64,000 nucleotides of DNA from Chlorobiota bacterium (GTDB taxonomy: Bacteria > Bacteroidota > Ignavibacteria > Kapaibacteriales > UBA2268). Location of the stretch: the NCBI GenBank assembly GCA_041596515.1, contig JBFHIJ010000013.1, forward strand, positions 4,579 through 68,578. The letters run 5' to 3'. The position numbers and the translations under genes were made by a program. The notes below the pieces were generated by a model that saw only the letters and a program-made list of their open reading frames with translations, searched no databases and was not told the DNA's origin. Positions 59,857 to 64,000 of the stretch are shown here, piece by piece (positions within the stretch are counted from its first letter, which is position 1; every line of letters begins with the position of its first letter).

Positions 59857-61080
59857 ATGCTTATGAGTATCAGTTTAATTGGAAAATCAATTCACCAGTC
59901 AGCTACTCTTCGTTTAAATGAGATAGCGGCGATTTTACAAGCGAAAGGTGAACCGGTGATTCACCTAGGCGGGGGGCAGCCTAAGTCAAAAGCACCTTAT
60001 GATGCTTTAATTGCTGCATCCGGTGTGATTAATACAGGAGAAGTCAGATATACACCTGCTGACGGGATACCTGAACTAAAACAAGCAATAATTCGATATA
60101 CTGAAGATTTTTATGACAGAAAAGTAGAGCCGGAAAATGTAATTGCATCTAGTGGGGCAAAGCAAGCGCTAATGGTTGCCTTGCAAGCTATTTTAAATCC
60201 ACAGGAAGAGGTTGTATTTCCTGCTCCTTTCTGGGTTAGTTATCCGGAAATGGTAAAGCTATGCGGTGGTGTGCCGGTACCTGTGCACGCTGAAGACGGT
60301 AGTTTCTTGCCGAGACTTCAGGATATTGACAGAGTAGTAACCTCTTATACTAAGGTGATAATAATAAATAGTCCGAATAATCCTACAGGAGCAATGTATT
60401 CTGAAGATTTTATAGCGGAGATAGTATCCTACTGCGAAAAGAAAGATATTTATTTGATTATGGATGATATTTATCATCGTTTGGTATTTGATGGCAAAAG
60501 ACCTATAAGTGCTTGGAAGTATGCAAAAAATAAAACAGAAACATCTAAAATGATTATAATAAACGGCGTATCTAAGCAATATGCTATGACAGGTTATAGG
60601 ATTGGATGGGCTGTGGCTAATAAAAAACTTATAGAAGTGATGACAAACATACAGGGGCATCAGACTTCAGGACCTTCTGTAGTAGTGCAAAAAGCTGCAA
60701 CTGCTGCAATTAATGGAGTGCAGTCATCTGTAGAAAGTTTAAGAGCTACTTTAGAAAACAACCGCAATGTAATGATGGATCATTTAAACAGTTTCGAAGG
60801 AGTCAAAGCCTATAAGCCGGATGGTACTTTTTATTGTTTCGTAGATTTCAGTTATTATGAAAAAGATTCTGTTAAACTGTCGAATTTACTGCTGGACAAA
60901 GTGAGAGTAGTTACAGTTCCCGGTGTAGAATTTGGAAAAGATGGTTTCCTCAGGCTATCTACGTGTGGCTCAATCAAAGAAATTACAGAAGGCATTGAGA
61001 GGATTAAATGGGTATTGGATCCGGACTCTCCAAACGAACTTTATATTGGTGAAAGAAAATTAGTAAGGGATTGGCTATGA
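59857..61080 (+). CDS. Class I/II PLP-dependent (aspartate) aminotransferase; start may be 59863
   Basis: GAKQAL, NSPNNPTG, DDIY and SKQYAMTGYRIGW motifs. Confidence 0.92.
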   Translation: MLMSISLIGKSIHQSATLRLNEIAAILQAKGEPVIHLGGGQPKSKAPYDALIAASGVINTGEVRYTPADGIPELKQAIIRYTEDFYDRKVEPENVIASSGAKQALMVALQAILNPQEEVVFPAPFWVSYPEMVKLCGGVPVPVHAEDGSFLPRLQDIDRVVTSYTKVIIINSPNNPTGAMYSEDFIAEIVSYCEKKDIYLIMDDIYHRLVFDGKRPISAWKYAKNKTETSKMIIINGVSKQYAMTGYRIGWAVANKKLIEVMTNIQGHQTSGPSVVVQKAATAAINGVQSSVESLRATLENNRNVMMDHLNSFEGVKAYKPDGTFYCFVDFSYYEKDSVKLSNLLLDKVRVVTVPGVEFGKDGFLRLSTCGSIKEITEGIERIKWVLDPDSPNELYIGERKLVRDWL

Positions 61081-62744
61081 CAAAATATTTGAAATTTGAA
61101 ACTCCGGCTCAGAGTCATGCACATGAGTTTGCCAGCCTATTTAAGCTAAAAAATCATGGTTTGTCTCAGTTAGACAGAGTATACTGGAATTTGCCAACTG
61201 CGGCTTTATACGAAGAATCTGTATTTCGTGGTGAAGCTAAAATAGTCAATGGTGGCCCTCTATTGGTAAACACCGGAAAATGGACTGCAAGAGCAGCTAA
61301 TGATAAGTACATCGTACAGGAACCCTCCAGTAATGATAAAATATGGTGGGGAGTCTATAACAAGCCTATGCCACTTGATAAATTTCACGGTTTGTTAGCT
61401 AGGATGCAAGCGTATTTACAAGGTGAAGAGCTTTTTGTACAAGACTGTTATGTAGGTGCTGATGAAAATTACAGACTACCTATTAGAATAATCACAGACA
61501 CTGCATGGCAATCTCTGTTTGCCAGAAATATGTTTATCCCGATAGACAATAGAGACGAATTGAAAAAGCATATACCTGAATTTACATTGATAGCTTCACC
61601 TTCTTTCAAGGCAGAGCCAATGATAGACGGTACACGTAGCGAAACTTGCATGGCAATCAACTTTGACGAAAGAATTGCAGTAGTTGCCGGTTCGTCATAT
61701 GGTGGTGAAATCAAAAAAACAATGTTTACTGTGATGAATTACCTTAAGCCAAATGAAGGAGTTATGTCTATGCACTGCTCCGCAAATGTTGGTAAAAAAG
61801 GAGATTCTGCTTTGTTCTTCGGGCTTAGTGGCACGGGTAAGACAACTCTGTCTGCTGATCCTTCCCGCAACCTGATAGGTGATGACGAACATGGCTGGAG
61901 TGATGACGGGATCTTCAATTTTGAGGGCGGATGCTACGCCAAAGTAATACGATTATCTGCTGATGCAGAGCCTGAAATACATGAATGCACAAAACGATTC
62001 GGAACCATTTTAGAAAATGTAGTATTTGACTCAGCTTCACGCGTAATAGATTTGGAAGATGACTCTCTTACTGAGAACACTCGTGCGTCTTATCCTCTGG
62101 ATTTTATTCCAAATGCAATGCCTGAAAAGAAAGTCGACTCTCATCCGGAGAATATTATTTTCCTTACCTGCGATGCGACTGGAGTATTGCCTCCTATAGC
62201 ACTATTGGATGAAAATCAGGCGATGTACCACTTCATTAGTGGTTATACGTCTAAAATAGCAGGCACAGAGATAGGATTAGGTATAGAGCCTGAGATAGCT
62301 TTTAGTCCATGCTTTGGTGCACCTTTTATGGTTCATCATCCATATTTCTATGCCAATTTGCTTATGAAAAAAATGCGCAAGCACGGTTCCAAATGCTGGC
62401 TTGTTAATACCGGATGGGTAGGAGGTAAGTTTGGTATTGGGAAACGTATTTCTATTCGTCATACTCGTAATATGCTAAATGCAGTACTGGAAGGCAAACT
62501 TGATAATATTGAATATCGAATAGATAAATTTTTTAAATTTAAAGTGCCAAAGACTTGTCCAAACGTTCCTGAAGAAGTGTTCGAACCATCTAATGCATGG
62601 GGCAATAAAGAAGAGTATTGGAATAAGTACGACGCACTTGCTTCAAGGTATATAGAGAACTTCAAACTATATTCCGATGGCATTCCATTAGAAGTAGTTC
62701 AAGCAGGTCCTAGCAGACTGAAATTTGTGGAAGTTAACTTCTAA
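61077..62744 (+). CDS. pckA: Phosphoenolpyruvate carboxykinase (ATP); ATGA overlap with the upstream gene
   Basis: YGGEIKK, MHCSAN, FFGLSGTGKTTLS, LIGDDEHGW and NFEGGCYAK motifs. Confidence 0.96.
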   Translation: MTKYLKFETPAQSHAHEFASLFKLKNHGLSQLDRVYWNLPTAALYEESVFRGEAKIVNGGPLLVNTGKWTARAANDKYIVQEPSSNDKIWWGVYNKPMPLDKFHGLLARMQAYLQGEELFVQDCYVGADENYRLPIRIITDTAWQSLFARNMFIPIDNRDELKKHIPEFTLIASPSFKAEPMIDGTRSETCMAINFDERIAVVAGSSYGGEIKKTMFTVMNYLKPNEGVMSMHCSANVGKKGDSALFFGLSGTGKTTLSADPSRNLIGDDEHGWSDDGIFNFEGGCYAKVIRLSADAEPEIHECTKRFGTILENVVFDSASRVIDLEDDSLTENTRASYPLDFIPNAMPEKKVDSHPENIIFLTCDATGVLPPIALLDENQAMYHFISGYTSKIAGTEIGLGIEPEIAFSPCFGAPFMVHHPYFYANLLMKKMRKHGSKCWLVNTGWVGGKFGIGKRISIRHTRNMLNAVLEGKLDNIEYRIDKFFKFKVPKTCPNVPEEVFEPSNAWGNKEEYWNKYDALASRYIENFKLYSDGIPLEVVQAGPSRLKFVEVNF

Positions 62745-62780
62745 AATATAATAACCATATATTTATCACTTCCTCAAGTG

Positions 62781-62821
62781 CAGGGATTATCTTTATTTGA
62801 AAGAGGATAATCCCTGTTTTT
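62781..62821. terminator. Terminator after pckA, probably bidirectional
   Basis: CAGGGATTATC/GATAATCCCTG stem plus a T-run. Confidence 0.75.
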
Positions 62822-64000
62822 ATGTTGCAAATTTTGGTAGATGAACAAAGAAAACAGTGCCAATATGTATTTGGGATTCTACTCGAATAAAACCATTCTG
62901 AAGCTCTGCAAACTCTTTGCATAAAAGTAAACCAAGACCTGTACCTTCTTCATTATTAGTGCCTTTGGTAGAGTTACTGCTATCCAACTCAAAAAGTTTA
63001 TTTATTTGCTCTTGTGTCATACCAACACCTTCATCTCTTATCGATATAATTGCAAAATTATTCTCGTCAGTTTTGTATTCAATTGTAATATTGGTATGTG
63101 CATTTGAAAATTTAATAGAATTTGAAATTAGATTTCTAATTATAGTTGAGGTTAAATTTGGATCAATAAAAGCAGAATACTCGGGTTTAATGAGATTATA
63201 AATAGAAATATTTTTATTATTAGCCTGCGTCGTTAGATTGTTTTTAGTATTTTCTGCTAAACGGAAAAGATTAGTTTCTTCCGGGTTACATTCTATTTTG
63301 CCACGTTGCGAGCGAGACCAGGTTAGTAGATTTTCCATGAGCGAATATACATTAATAGAAGAGACTTTTAAAGTATCTACAAATTCTTTTCTTTCTTCTT
63401 CGCTTATTTGGTCATAATCTTCAGAGAGCATATTTGCCATCATTTTGAAGCTGCCAATTGGATTTCTTAGGTCGTGAGCTATTATAGAAAACATTTTATC
63501 TTTGGCTATATTAGTTTCAGTAAGACTTTCCTTTGATTTCTCAAGTTCTAAATTTAGTTGCTGTAAAGTTATATTTTTTTTCTCTAATAATTTATTTGTC
63601 TTTGTTTTATATCTAAATCGTGCATAAAGTAGCACTACAAGTATGATAACTATTGACACAGATATAAAAAGAATTATTCTTTCTTTTGCCAGCACTTCTT
63701 TGTCTTTTTCGAGTAATTGTATTTGATAATCTTTTTGTTTGATAGTTTCTTGAGCTTTGAATTGGTTTAATCTATGTTTTATATCTTGAAAATTGATTGA
63801 ATCAGAAATAGCCTTAAGCTTTAATAATGGCTCAATTGCTTTTGATTTTTTACCTATCTTGTAATAATATTTATACAAAGCCTCATTCGCTTTTTGGCTT
63901 ACATCAAAAAAATCATATCGACTGGCAATCGAATCTGCTATTTCATAATAAGTAATTGCTTCTTTGAATTGATCTGTTCTGAGATAGGTATGGGCAAGGT
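62820..64000 (-). CDS. Sensor histidine kinase with TPR-like sensor region; 5' end lies outside the window
   Basis: Frame is open to the window edge (LAHTYLRTDQFKEAITYY). TM helix, AHDLRNP H-box, NLISNSIKF, DEGVGM and GTGLGL motifs. Confidence 0.92.
   Translation of the reverse strand, partial: LAHTYLRTDQFKEAITYYEIADSIASRYDFFDVSQKANEALYKYYYKIGKKSKAIEPLLKLKAISDSINFQDIKHRLNQFKAQETIKQKDYQIQLLEKDKEVLAKERIILFISVSIVIILVVLLYARFRYKTKTNKLLEKKNITLQQLNLELEKSKESLTETNIAKDKMFSIIAHDLRNPIGSFKMMANMLSEDYDQISEEERKEFVDTLKVSSINVYSLMENLLTWSRSQRGKIECNPEETNLFRLAENTKNNLTTQANNKNISIYNLIKPEYSAFIDPNLTSTIIRNLISNSIKFSNAHTNITIEYKTDENNFAIISIRDEGVGMTQEQINKLFELDSSNSTKGTNNEEGTGLGLLLCKEFAELQNGFIRVESQIHIGTVFFVHLPKFAT

Noticed and set aside
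1014-63201. Remaining short ORFs in the track that overlap larger genes
   Set aside because: They are antisense or alternate-frame overlaps of confidently identified genes, without motifs or SD support.

Overview
AT-rich bacterial chromosomal window from an FCB-group organism. Two proteins carry T9SS C-terminal domains, several genes have TAnnTTTG -7 promoter elements, and Shine-Dalgarno sites are still used. That combination suggests Kapabacteria/Ignavibacteria rather than Bacteroidia, which is an inference. Most genes are housekeeping or envelope functions: sigA 3' end, lipA, recQ, murE, an RND efflux trio, topA, yggS-pnp, a moxR/DUF58/BatA operon, a long RSH, three tRNA-Asn genes, recO, mrr, trpS, uvrD/pcrA, a FadF-like protein, an S46 peptidase, adk, an aminotransferase-pckA pair and a partial TPR histidine kinase. 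I found no CRISPR array, prophage or transposase. The most notable observations are: (1) a recurring ECF-sigma-like promoter (AAC-N16/17-CGT) about 35-45 nt upstream of up to six stress/envelope genes; (2) an unannotated 57-aa HTH-like protein coupled to a cytoplasmic LRR protein; (3) one ~542-codon gene split by a single in-frame TAA; (4) an RSH with a degenerate hydrolase domain; (5) orphan terminators that imply hidden sRNAs; (6) three identical tRNA-Asn genes; (7) several REP-like palindromes.
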